64,000 nucleotides of DNA from NCBI RefSeq assembly GCF_963921235.1, contig NC_086097.1, forward strand, positions 213,530,001 through 213,594,000, in the 5' to 3' direction. A program made the translations under genes and the position numbers. Every line of letters starts with the position of its first letter. Position 1 is the stretch's first letter. This document shows positions 11,221-23,214 of the stretch, one piece after another. The stretch is from Mobula hypostoma (Eukaryota). The notes beneath the pieces are model-generated. The model was not told the DNA's origin and searched no databases. It saw only the letters and a list, made by a program, of their open reading frames with translations.

Positions 11221-12078
11221 ACCATGAAGTGCAACATATCACTAAAGATTAATTTTCTGCATTTCCATTTAGACTTCCTTTCAAATCTTGCCACTATCAG
11301 TGAAGAGCATGGTGAAAAGTTTCGCCAAGACATGGTCATGAAAAAGTTGTATCAGGGCCACTGGACTCCATCAATGATGGCTGTTTATCGTTGGGCACCT
11401 GTACGAGAAGCCTAAAACACTAAGTACAAATGAAAATAATCAACAAGACACTTTTAGCTTAGTTGAACTATAGCAAAGTGGGAGCACCGTTATGCAATCA
11501 AATGCATTATATTCAATAAAAGTTCAATTCTTGATTCTCCAATTTCCTAAGTGATAAAACTAGTCTGAACTTGTATTTGTGTTCAGCTTCAAGTTGTCTA
11601 TCATAACTGCAAAAAATTATGAGGAAGCAACACTTTCGGGAAAAATTGCTGTCCGGTGTTACCTTTATTAAGTAAGTGCAGCCAGAATCAGAAGAGCATA
11701 TTTATGAAAGGAAGGAAACTTGGAGTAATGGACTACAGAATGGAAAAGCATAGCTATCAATAGAATTCTTGTATGGAATTTCATTTTCCTATTGTCAATG
11801 TGGAGGTGAACTTTTCTTTTTCCTGCTTCCCTCCATCTTCAAACTGTTTTGCACTGCTTAAAATTACTTTGTGTTGAAAAAAATTGAAGACTGATTTAAA
11901 TGTAGTAAATATAATACTTTTGATAATGTTTGGTTTCTGTCTTAAATTGAAAAGCAAGCCAAGAATCACCTGTACTGAGGAACTACATATATTTGTACTG
12001 CATTGTAGTACCACATCATAAAATAAGTTTATACACTGTTATTTTTATATCAACATAATATTTTTTGTTTTTTTTCAG

Positions 12079-12322
12079 TCAAAACTGCATTTTGGCAGAT
12101 GAAATGGGATTAGGGAAGACTATTCAATCTATTACATTTCTGTATGAAATGTACTTGAAGGGAATTCAAGGCCCCTTCCTGATTATTGCACCCCTTTCCA
12201 CAATCACTAATTGGGAGAGGGAATTCCGCACTTGGACAGCAATGAATGTGGCCGTGTACCATGGCAGCCAGGCTAGTCGCCAAATGATTCAGGCATATGA
12301 GATGTATTTCCGGGATGCTGAG
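12079..12322 (+). CDS. CHD7: CHD7 coding exon (approx. exon 12), SNF2 ATPase motif I
   Basis: ttttcAG acceptor, GAG|GTAAGG donor; encodes [21 protein letters not shown]...YEMYFRDAE; 244 nt. Confidence 0.96.
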
Positions 12323-12469
12323 GTAAGGAAAACAGATTATAAAATCTTTCAGTATGTGTACTATTACATCTGAGGTAAATACTTATATTGTTAAGAGAGT
12401 CTAGGGCATAATTATTATTTCAAATGATTGGTTTTGTAAAGCTTCATCTATTGAAATATTTGTTGTTTC

Positions 12470-12662
12470 TTTTCGCACCTTGTGGCACATTGGGCTGCAT
12501 TTTTGCAATTACCGTAGCATTTGTTTGTTTTTTTTAATGAGGCCGAGTTGCTGACTCAACACTCAACCCAACACTGATGGAAAGCGTGCAAGAAGCTGGC
12601 TGGCTTCGAACTCAGGACAATTCGCCTTGAAGTCTGATGCTGATGCCACTACAGCACCATCC
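12470..12662 (-). mobile_element. Probable tRNA-derived SINE
   Basis: Reverse complement gives box A-like GGTGCTGTAGTGG and box B-like GAGTTCGAAGCC. Confidence 0.5.
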
Positions 12663-14019
12663 AGCATTAAAATATTTACAGCTAGTAAAAAGCTATTTCT
12701 GTTAACTCAATTATGTGACTTGGTAAATCTGTTAAATTATAATTGTACTACATTTGTTGTTCACAGAAAAACTGGAACTGATAACAAAAATGAAATCTCT
12801 TACTGCCAACTTTTACTGCTTTCAACAACTTTTTGCATTTTGTTTCCTGATACCAGTTCTGAACTTATGTTTTATTACTTTATAGTTATGTCCTTTTTTC
12901 CCCAAGAGTTATGACCTTCAAGTTTACTGCTTTCAATATTTACTATTTCTTCTGATCTACTGTAATTCAATGAATTCTCTTAAGTTCATCTGCTTTCAAG
13001 ACTGAAGACAGACGTTTTCCTGCCCTTTTTCCCTGTTGCCTGATCTGATGATCAGCTTTCTGACTGTTTCTCTGCATTGCTTTTAGGCATGAACGTTTTC
13101 CTGCCCTCAATAGTCAAACCGGCTTTAGGGAAGTTTATCTGATCAAGAGAACTGAATAACTACCGTAAAATCTCCATTTCTCAATTATAGGGTACTAATT
13201 CCAGAAATCAGTGCTCAAGTGCTTTATGGCTTAGGGTGAAAGAGCAGATAACGAAGCAATGACCACAAAAAAACGAGCTATGCAAACCAATGTAACTTAT
13301 CCAGATATTTCTAGAAATATGAAAAAATGACAGAGCATCTAGTTCAGCCCAGTTATGGTATGATATTGTAAACTATATGTGAGAATAGGGAGAAATCTTT
13401 GGAATGGTTATAAAATTGATCTACAAAAATAGTTCAGGACTAAACAGTTTGCAAGATATTCAGAAACTGTAGTTTACCTAAAAGTAGGAAATGCCAGCAA
13501 GATTTAAATGCTCAAAAATAATTGATTTCAGACATGGAGGAACTCTTTCTTATGACTGAATAGTTGATAACCAATGTTGAAATGTTTATCCTCTTGTGCA
13601 CTAATCAGAAATTAAAATTGCGTAGTCTTTTGATTTCATTTACATTATCTCCCTCTTAGTCAAGATGTTCGATTATCCTACATATTATTTAAATACAAAG
13701 CCATTATTTCTCTGAATTTTGTAATTAAAAGGTGTTTCTATAATACTCTTCAGCTATTTATCTTGCATTTGCTCTCAACCTTATCCTTTGAGTTTTAGAA
13801 ATATTTTGGCAAAAGTCATGTAGGTTAAAGGGGAAATTGACTTTGTCCAAAATTTCTATTTTACTTGACTATTAAAACAATTTGTTATTTTGGTGCTACA
13901 AATATTTTATCAAAAGCTGGCATTATCAATATTTTTCAGTCCTCGCTGTTCCAATGTCTTTATTTCACATCCTTTTTGTAGCTTATTGATTTGTGCATGT
14001 ATAAATAGTTTCAACATTT

Positions 14020-16720
14020 TATTTATTGATTGATTGAGGTACAGTGCTCGATAGTCCCTTCCGGTCCTTTGAGCCGTGCCACCCAGCAACCCCCAATTTA
14101 ATCTGAGCCTAATGACAGGACAATTTACAATAACTAATTAACCTACCAACTGGTACATCTTTGGACCATCTCGGGTGACTTCAACCAGGTTACCATGGCT
14201 AGAACACTGCCCAACTTCACGCAGTATGTGAGCTGTACAATCAGAGGGGAGAGGACTCTGGATTTGATGTACGCTAACGTTAAGGATGCATACAGCTCCT
14301 CTCCCCTCCCCCCAGTGGGAAGGTCAGATCACAACCTGGTGCATCTAAAACCCTGCTCCATGCCTCTGGTGAAGAGTAAACCTACAACCTCGAGGACAGT
14401 GAAAAAATGGTCAGAGGAGGCTTATGAGGCGCTCCAGGGTTGTTTTGAGGTGACAGACTGGCAGGCACTCTGTGAGCCACATGGAGAGGATATTGATGGG
14501 CTCACAGAGTGCATCACTGATTACATCAACTTCTGTGTGGACTGCAATGTTCCGACAAGAACTGTCCTTTGTTATTCAAATAACAAGCCATGGGTGACAA
14601 AGGACATTAAGGACATCCTGAATGCTAAAAAGAGGGCATTTAGAGATGGAAATAGGGAGGAGCTGAGGGCAATACAGAGGGACCTGAAAGCCAGGGTCAG
14701 GGAGGCTAAAGGCAGGTACAGGAGGAAGCTTGAGTGGAAACTCCAGCAGAACAACATGAGAGAGGTCTGGATGGGGATGAGGACCATCACTGGGTTCCAG
14801 CAAACCAGCAGCAGAGGAGCTGAAGGCAGTGTGGACAGGGCCAATGAACTTAACCTGTTCTTTAACAGATTCGACACTGTGGGCCTTGCCCATCCCCCAC
14901 ATGAGTCATCTGTTGTCGGCTCCTAACCAACACATATTCCACCCTCCCCTCCTACCCCTCCTCACAGTCCCCCACCCTGCTCTCATGACTATACCCCTTC
15001 CCCACACGAAACCACCACGGTGGGCTTCACAGCTGAACAGGTGAGAAGACAGCTGAAACGTCTCAACCCAAGCAAGGCTGCAGGACCGGATGGTGTCAGT
15101 ACCAGGGTGCTCAAAGCCTGTGCCCCTCAGCTATGTGGAGTATTTCGCCATGTATTCAACCTGAGCCTGAGGCTCCGGAGGGTTCCTGTACTGTGGAAGA
15201 CATCCTCCCTCGTCCCTGTACCGAAGATGCTGTGCCCCAGCGGCCTCAATGACTACAGACCGGTGGCACTGACCTCCCACATCATGAAGACCCTGGAGAG
15301 CCTAGTCCTGGATCTGCTCCGGCCTATGGTCAGGCCACACTTAGATCCCCTACAGTTCGCCTACCAGCCCCGACTAGGAGTTGAGGGTGCCATCGTCTAC
15401 CTGCTGAACCGTGTCTGCGCCCACCTGGACAAGCCAGCGAGCACTGTGAGGGTCATGTTTTTTGACTTCTCCAGTGCGTTCAACACCATCCACCCTGCTC
15501 TGCTGGGGGAGAAGCTGACAGCGATGCAGGTGGATGCTTCCCTGGTATCATGGATTCTTGATTACCTGACTGGCAGACCACAGTATGTGTGCTTGAACGC
15601 TGTGTGTCCGACAGAGTGATCAGCAGCACTGGGGCCCCACGGGGGACTGTCTTGTCTCCCTTTCTCTTCACCATTTACACCTCGGATTTCAACTACTGCA
15701 CAGAGTCTTGTCATCTTCAGAAGTTTTCGGATGACTCTGCCATAGTTGGATGCATCAGCAAGGGAGATGAGGCTGAGTACAGGGCTACGGTAGGAAACTT
15801 TGTCACATGGTGTGAGCAAAATTACCTGCAGCTTAATGTGAAAAAGACTAAGGAGCTGGTGATAGACCTGAGGAGAGCTAAGGTACCAGTGACCCGTTTC
15901 CATCCAGGGGGTCAGTGTGGACATGGTGGAGGATTACAGATACCTGGGGATACGAATTGACAATAAACTGGACTGGTCAAAGAACACTGAGGCTGTCTAC
16001 AAGAAGGGTGAGAGCCGTCTCTATTTCCTGAGAAGACTGAGGTCCTTTAACATCTGCCGGACGATGCTGAGGATGTTCTACGAGTCTGTGGTGGCCAGTG
16101 CTATCATGTTTGCTGTTGTGTGCTGGGGCAGCAGGCTGAGGGTAGCAGACACCAACAGAATCAACAAACTCATTCGTAAGGCTAGTGATGTTGTGGGGAT
16201 GGAACTGGACTCTCTCACGGTGGTGTCTGAAAAGAGGATGCTGTCTAAGTTGCATGCCATCTTGGTCAATGTCTCCCATCCACAACATAATGTACTGGTT
16301 GGGCACAGGAGTACATTCAGCCAGAGACTCATTCCACCGAGATGCAACACAGAGCGTCATAGGAAGTCATTCCTGCCTGTGGCCATCAAACTTTACAACT
16401 CCTCTCTTGGAGGGTCGGACACCCTGAGCCAATAGGCTGGTCTTGGACTTATTTCATAATTTACTAGCATAATTTACATATTACTATTTAACTATTTATG
16501 GTTCTATTACTATTTATTATTTATAGTGCAACTGTAATGAAAACCAATTTCCCCCGGGATCAATAAAGTATGGCTATGACTATGGCTGTGGAAAGAAACT
16601 GGAGTACCCAGAGGTAACCCATGAAGTCACAGGGAGAATGTACAACCCCTTATAGGCAGCCCCGGGAATTGAACCCAGGTCACTTGCACTGTAAAGTGTT
16701 GTGCTAATGTGCCACACTAA
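14020..16720 (-). mobile_element. V-SINE/HE1-like SINE split into 14020-14166 and 16587-16720
   Basis: Halves rejoin as TCTTTGGAC|TGTGGAAAGAAACTGGAG; box B-like sequence (rc of GGGAATTGAACCC); related copies at ~23440-23600 and ~57985-58150. Confidence 0.7.
14167..16586 (+). mobile_element. Young 5'-truncated Rex1/Babar LINE (end of EN, RT, 3' UTR)
   Basis: SDHNLV, KAAGPDG, DPLQFAY, DFSSAFNTI, FSDD, RLYFLRRLRSF; one stop (14924) and two frameshifts; AATAAA followed by (CTATGR)n tail. Confidence 0.92.
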
Positions 16721-17924
16721 TTAAAGGGCTACTGGATGTTGAGCCCATCTACTGGATGGATTGCTGAAATTAATTTGTATTAAATTCATGCAAAAATGTT
16801 TTGCATAGCTCTTCACATGTGAATTGGTTTGATTCATCTTAATGTATTGCAGAATTGGAGCATTCCGTATGTACAGTGGAATTATGTTCTTAACACTGAA
16901 GGATGTTAGCAATTTGAGGATGAAAAAAAGTTTCTAGTTCTGGTACTGAAGTAGTCCCAGGTCAGGGTTAGTGAATTAGTAGGAGCATCAACCTTGAATT
17001 CTATTGCATAAACTCAGTTCCAACTGTGCTACCAATTTTAACTGTTTCTCTTTTCATTCATACATCCTGATTTATGGAGTAGGTAAAGGAATGCTATCAG
17101 TATCTTCCTGTAGTGCAGGCTTTATTGGAGTCTTAATGCACAGTTGGAAGTCTGTAGCATATAGCTAGGGAGTTGATAAGTTTTAAAAATGAAGACTGTG
17201 GAAAGTTGCCCTTTCAAGTATTGATAGAATGATGTAGTTTAGAAGGATGCTTATTTGTCTTTAAAAGGGCTATACAACTAGTCCCACTTTCTTTTCCTCC
17301 AAATGTCTGTAGAGTCCCTTTTTGGAAGTTGCTATTCAATCTAGCTCCTCTTCATTCAGTGTATTCCAGATCGTACTGCCTCATGCAGTAAAAATTGGCA
17401 TGCTGCTTTTACTGTTTTTGTCCCCATGTACTTTGGTTGCTGAGCCTACTGCCAGTGGCAACATTTTCTCCATTAATATTGAAGCAGACTTGAACTTATC
17501 AACTTCACAGCTACACTGGGATGTCTCAATGCACCTGCAGCCGGTTAAACACTTTTGAGATATTGTCATGGTTGTAGTGTTGAAAATTTTCTGATTTTTC
17601 CCTAATGCTTTCCTTGCGGCTTTGTCCAGGTTCACTCAAAGATTTCTGTACATGCCCAGGTGTCTTTATTCCTTCATCTATTTAATGATTTATTTATTTT
17701 ATGTTTCTCTATTTCTTCTCCCTATAAAAATGAATTACTTGACTCTTAATGCTTGTAAGTTCCACCTGTTTTGCCTTACCATTTACGTCTATAACTTGCT
17801 GAAATTTGTTGCTTTTACTTTCCCTATCTAATCAGAAAACTTTAATCCCTGAAGATGTCTTAATGCTAACCCATAATGGAATCTCTATTTTCTCTCCAAT
17901 TTGAAAGATGAGAATTAATTTTTT

Positions 17925-18585
17925 TTAGATTATGACAACACTCAGTCCTCGTTTATTGTCATTTAGAAATGCATGCATTAAAAAAACAATACAGTGTTCC
18001 TCTGGTATGATATCACAGAAACACAAGACAGACCAAGACTTAAACTGACGAAAACCACGTAATTATAACATATAATTACAACAGTGCAAAGCAATACCAT
18101 AATTTGATAAGAGCAGACCATGGGCATGGTAAAAAAAAAGTCTCAAAGTCCCAATAGCCCCAACATCTCATGCAGACGGTAGAAGGAAGAAACTCTCCCT
18201 GCCATGAGCTTCCAGCGCCGCAAACTTGCCGATGCTGCATCCTGGAAGCATCCCGACCACAGTTCGACTCTGAGTCCGTCCAAAAACTTAGAGCCTCCGA
18301 CCAGCCCTCTGACACCAAGCCCCATCTCTGCCAAGCGCTTCGACCCCGGCCCTGGCTGCCAGGCAACAGGCAAAGCTGAGGATTCGGGGCCTTCCCTCAG
18401 GAGTTTTCGGATCACACAGTGGCAGCGAAGCGGGCATTTCAGAAGTTTCACCAGATGTTCCTCCGTGCTCTCACGTCTGCCTCCATCAAATCAGAATCGT
18501 TCACTGCCTCCTACCTGACAGATAACAGATATTCATCACCGGAGAGGCCGCGCGCACTGGGTCGCACTGCTGTCTTCTCCTCCCG
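17925..18585 (-). mobile_element. Short non-autonomous LINE-derived element (GC-rich head plus Rex1-type tail)
   Basis: rc starts GGGAGGAGAAGACAGC; ends with AATAAA and a short repeat tail; no RT coding between them. Confidence 0.55.
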
Positions 18586-19067
18586 ACTCCTTGCTTTTTC
18601 TCCCTCAGCCTATTTTGTATGCAGCTGCTTTAATTCTATGACTTTCAAAGTTGACTTAGGGATTCATAATGGGGAATAATATACAGTATATTGGAATGAT
18701 AATACCTGACAAGTGGATTAAAATAGTGGTTTTTTAATATCTTACAAATGTGTTAAGAGCATTCGTTGAGTTGCTATTTCATTTCTTGCATCACCAGAAA
18801 ATCTTATTTCTGTAGAACTAAGCTGTTAATTATATCTGGCCATAGAACATTTAGTTCACTTTGTGCTAGGTCATTGTACATGCAGCAATGAGGGATGAGA
18901 CACCTGATAAGCAACTTTTCTTGTCCAACGTCTTTAATAGGTAAATGGTGACCCAGTCGTGTGTTCTCTTGCTTAATGTACATATAGTAAATTAATTATT
19001 TTCAGCAGCTTTTTAATCAAATTTCTCAATTCAGAAAATAAATTAATTGAACGTTTCCTGTCTTAAG

Positions 19068-19244
19068 GGTCGTATAATTCAGGGAGCATACAAGTTCCAT
19101 GCCATCATCACAACATTTGAAATGATTTTAACTGATTGCCCAGAACTCCGCAATATTGCATGGCGCTGTGTGATAATTGATGAAGCCCACAGACTAAAGA
19201 ACAGAAACTGCAAACTTTTAGAAGGACTAAAGCTAATGGATCTG
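19068..19244 (+). CDS. CHD7: CHD7 coding exon (approx. 13), DEAH box
   Basis: AG...[21 protein letters not shown]...[24 protein letters not shown]; 177 nt. Confidence 0.96.
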
Positions 19245-19647
19245 GTCAGTATATTTTTTGTAATAATAAGTTCTGTAATAATGACCACTGTGCGAATGCA
19301 ATGTTAGTTCCAGAATGTGCTGCCCCCAACAAATCCTCAGGTTGTGTTGGTTGTTAATGGAAATTGCATATTTCACTGTATGTTTCCTTGTACATGTGAT
19401 AAATGAGAATTACATCTATCTTGTAATTTTGTTGACCGTGGACAGCGTTTATAACCATGTTATTCAGATTCAATTATTTAACAGATATAAATGTAATGAC
19501 AGACATCCCACCTCTCCCAGAAGTAACGGGAGTCTCCCGCATATTGATCGTGGCTCCCTGACGCCTGGAAATTATATACAATATCCCAAAAATAGATTTT
19601 TTTTGAGAGGGAGAGCGAGCATCCTGATTGTTCTCTCTTCGTGCTAA

Positions 19648-20833
19648 GAGTGGTTCCCAATCACTGGGCAGCGAAGAAACGATATAATTTGGCAATATGA
19701 AACGATATGAGTCAGCTGCACCTTTGCTCATTCCCTGTCACGCACTGTTGAATTTTAATGCACGCGAGGTCATCAGTGACCCAAAACGTGCAAAGGAATG
19801 GGTCCGTGACCCATTTGTGAATGTCCCTGGTGAATCGTCCATGCTGGCGCGGGAAAAAGATCAACTCCTCGAGCTTGCAAATGACGGTGGGCTGAAAAGT
19901 ATGTTTGACATAACATCTCTGCCGGTATTCTGATCAAAGTCAAGGCTGAATATCCTGAGATAGCCACGAAAGCACTGAAAACGTTGCTTCCATTTCCAAC
20001 ATCATATCGCTGCAAAGTGGAGTTTTCTGCGATGAATGCAACAAAAACTAAATTGCGGAATGGACTGGACATAAGGAACCCCCTTCGCGTATCGCTGTCT
20101 CCCATCACCCCTCGATAGGACAGTATGTTGCAGGAAAACAAGCCCAGGGTTCCCACTGATTCAGCGATATTGGTGTGTTACAATGATTTTACATGTTTAT
20201 ACGAGGAAAATATGCGCTGTGTGTTTAATATTGAAATGTTACTTAAGATGTTATGATGTTATTGACTTTTAAGTGACTTATAATTCAGTGGTCCTGAACC
20301 TCTGGGCCACGAAGAATACAGTGGTGGCCGGAACGCACCCAGCACATCTTTAAGAAAAAAGCCGAAATAAACAAGCTAATTAATTAGGTGCCGCCCCGCA
20401 CGTAAATGTCGGCCCAAATCAGAGGCGATTGCCGATTACGTCGCCTCTGATCTGGGCCGACATTTACATGCCTGGCGGCACCTAATCAATTAGTTTGTTT
20501 ATTTCGGCTTTTTTCTTAAAGATGTGCTGGGTGCGTTCTGTCTACCGCTGTACCACTGCATTCTTCGCGGCCTGGAGGTTTGGGACCACTGTTATAATTG
20601 ACTTATCACTACATTCATGCGAGAAAAATATACGCTGTGTGTTTAATGTTAAATTCGTTAGATAAACCCCTTTAGAAACGAAATTGAGTGTATTAGCCAC
20701 TTATAAGTGACTTATAGTTGACTTATCACCTATATTCTGGTCGTGTTTAACCCCCCCTCCCCCGTCGGCCGGTCTGCAAGAATATTGTCAATATTAAACC
20801 GGTCTGCGGTACGAAAAGGGTTGGGGACCCCTG
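19648..20833 (+). mobile_element. hAT-Charlie internally deleted element retaining the C-terminal dimerization domain
   Basis: Ends GAGTGGTTCCCAA / TTGGGGACCCCTG; WVRDPF...EYPEIATKALKTLLPFPTSY...FSAM...KTKLRN. Confidence 0.8.
20286..20591. mobile_element. Palindromic hAT MITE
   Basis: CAGTGGTCC...GGACCACTG; near-perfect ~150-bp arms; 8-bp TSD TTATAATT on both sides. Confidence 0.9.
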
Positions 20834-21086
20834 ATTTAAACTAGTTGGCTGGCTGCCATGAAGCTACACTATTGATGTCCTACGTGATGAGGCCAAACTC
20901 CCTGTAGACTTGCTTAAAGTTGTAATAGAATAAACATGATAATATAAGTACATATTTTAATGTCACATTTGCTGCATTTACAGATTAGACAAATTCACTA
21001 AACAAAGTATTACATACACCCTTGGAGGTCGACGGGTGCGGGGGGTGGGGTGGTACCTCCCTGAAATGGTGGTGCTACCTCCCTGA

Positions 21087-21299
<213 letters not shown>

Positions 21300-22504
21300 T
21301 AAATTTATTTCTGAGGATGTTAATTATAGTATATTCACTATGACAAAGTCTTTTGCAATTCATAGAATAAAATGGAGCAACCAGTGAGCATCTGATCATA
21401 TCTCAAATCTTCTATTTCCATTATAATAGGGTGGATCACACTAATGCTGGGACTCAAAGACATACGTATGGAAACAAGCCCTTATGTCCATTTAGTTTCT
21501 ACTGATCATAGTGCCATCTAAGTTAGTTACATTTTTCCAAATTTGGTCAATATCCATCTTAACTTTTCCTATCCATAAAATCCTATCCTTACTTTCTCTA
21601 CAAAAGCCCTGTATCTAAATGTCCAGTGCTATGCGTTCATTTCAGCAGCAGTATTTTCCACCCGATGAATATATTGCATGCTTGCTTCAATGCTGCCCCA
21701 GTGAATTTGTGCTGCAAGAATAATTGCAGGCTTTCTCATGTCACAGGTTGAGAAATCTCAGTGAATCAGAGAAAGACTTGATGCAAATCCAGCAATCCCA
21801 CTTAATGAGTGGGGGGAAACTGCTGAGGGTGGGGGAAACTAAGTGGAGCTTTTGACTTAGTTCAAATCATTTAAATTTAAATGTCTATTTCATTTTAAAT
21901 AAAATAATTATTTTGACATTTTAGTGATTCTGTATTTTTGAACGTCAGACATTCTTAAGCACTCAGCAACAGGGGGTACCTTTTGCAGCTTCTGAGCATT
22001 CACCTATTGTCAAAAAGCCTCCCTGCTGCATTCTGCCATATTGGGCCGGGGGGGGGGGGGGGAGGGCTAGTTTTGCAGGAAATGTTGCCCAGTGGATGCA
22101 AACAAGTAGTGATTTAATGGTAACAGAGAATGAGCCCCAAGGTAGTTTTAAATCTATGCGAAGATTCTATCTATAAGTTTTAATTCCTTTAGGACAATGC
22201 TAATTGCTGGAGTATAGGACTTTATATTTCATATAGAAGTATCTGCAATAGTCACTAAATTATTATAAGATCATTACAATACAGTATTTCTACAAACAAC
22301 ATGGTACTTGGAGCATTTATTTTGTAATATCTATGGTGTATAGCATTTTAGAAATTAGATGCGGGATAAATTGAAAAAATGCAATCTATAACCCATTGTC
22401 GGTTCTGGTCTGTCCAAATTTTTTGAAGTTACTTTACTACTCAAGCAATAAGGTCAGATCAGAGCCTTTTGATATCTTCAAGTATGTTTATTTTTTTCCG
22501 AACA

Positions 22505-22720
22505 ATAAACAATGCTGGAAGAACTAAGCAGCATCTGTGGAGGCAAAAGGTTTTGGTCTTCAGAGATCAACTTTGAAATGCTTACATAATAACTCCAGGT
22601 CCTGGTGCAGGGTCTTGAACCAGAAAGTTGATTTGCTCCTTTTGCTTCCTGAGTGCTAATTTACTTGCCTAGTTCTTCTAGCATTCTGTAATTTTGTCCT
22701 TGTGTATTTCCCCCAGATGC
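22505..22720. repeat. Penelope terminal-repeat-derived inverted mini-element
   Basis: AATGCTGGAAGAACTA / TAGTTCTTCTAGCATT ends; degenerate hammerhead-like segment at ~22600-22630. Confidence 0.6.
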
Positions 22721-22756
22721 TGTTAAGTAGCATTTTTTTTGGAATAATTATTACAG

Positions 22757-23012
22757 GTGCAGAAACTTCAGGCTATTCTGAAACCAATGATGTTAAGACG
22801 CTTGAAGGAAGATGTGGAGAAAAATCTGGCTCCAAAGGAAGAAACCATCATTGAAGTAGAACTGACCAACATTCAGAAGAAATATTACAGAGCTATTTTG
22901 GAGAGAAATTTTGCTTTTCTTTCTAAAGGAGCTGGTCAAACTAATGTGCCGAACCTTCTGAATACCATGATGGAATTGAGAAAATGTTGTAATCATCCAT
23001 ACCTAATTAATG
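22757..23012 (+). CDS. CHD7: CHD7 coding exon (approx. 15)
   Basis: ttacAG...GTaagc; [22 protein letters not shown]...CCNHPYLIN; 256 nt. Confidence 0.96.
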
Positions 23013-23214
23013 GTAAGCTCCTTTTTACTGACCATTCTATGAGCAATTTTGCACCTCTGGTACATCAGCTCTTTAAATGACACTAAACATACAGTAAAAT
23101 TCCAGTGATGTGACATCTGATTATTTGGAAATCCCAACAGTTCAGTACCTGTCTTGCTCATCAGTCTAGAGCCGGGGATGTAGAACGCAAGTGAAATGTG
23201 TGGCTATAGCCAAA

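Larger units (their letters stand above)
6629..11658 (+). mobile_element. Decayed Chapaev3-like (CMC) DNA transposon, split by two retro-insertions
   Basis: Transposase remnants CYICG, YELYFGCKIGD, DHVTDCYFC, KIKEGIFVGPQIK, SLKINFLHFHLD, EEHGEKFRQD; imperfect ends CAGTGAATAACAA / TTGCTGTCCGGTG. Confidence 0.75.

Noticed and set aside
22028..22046. Poly-G run as a possible G-quadruplex
   Set aside because: Simple homopolymer, prone to sequencing error, with no evidence of function
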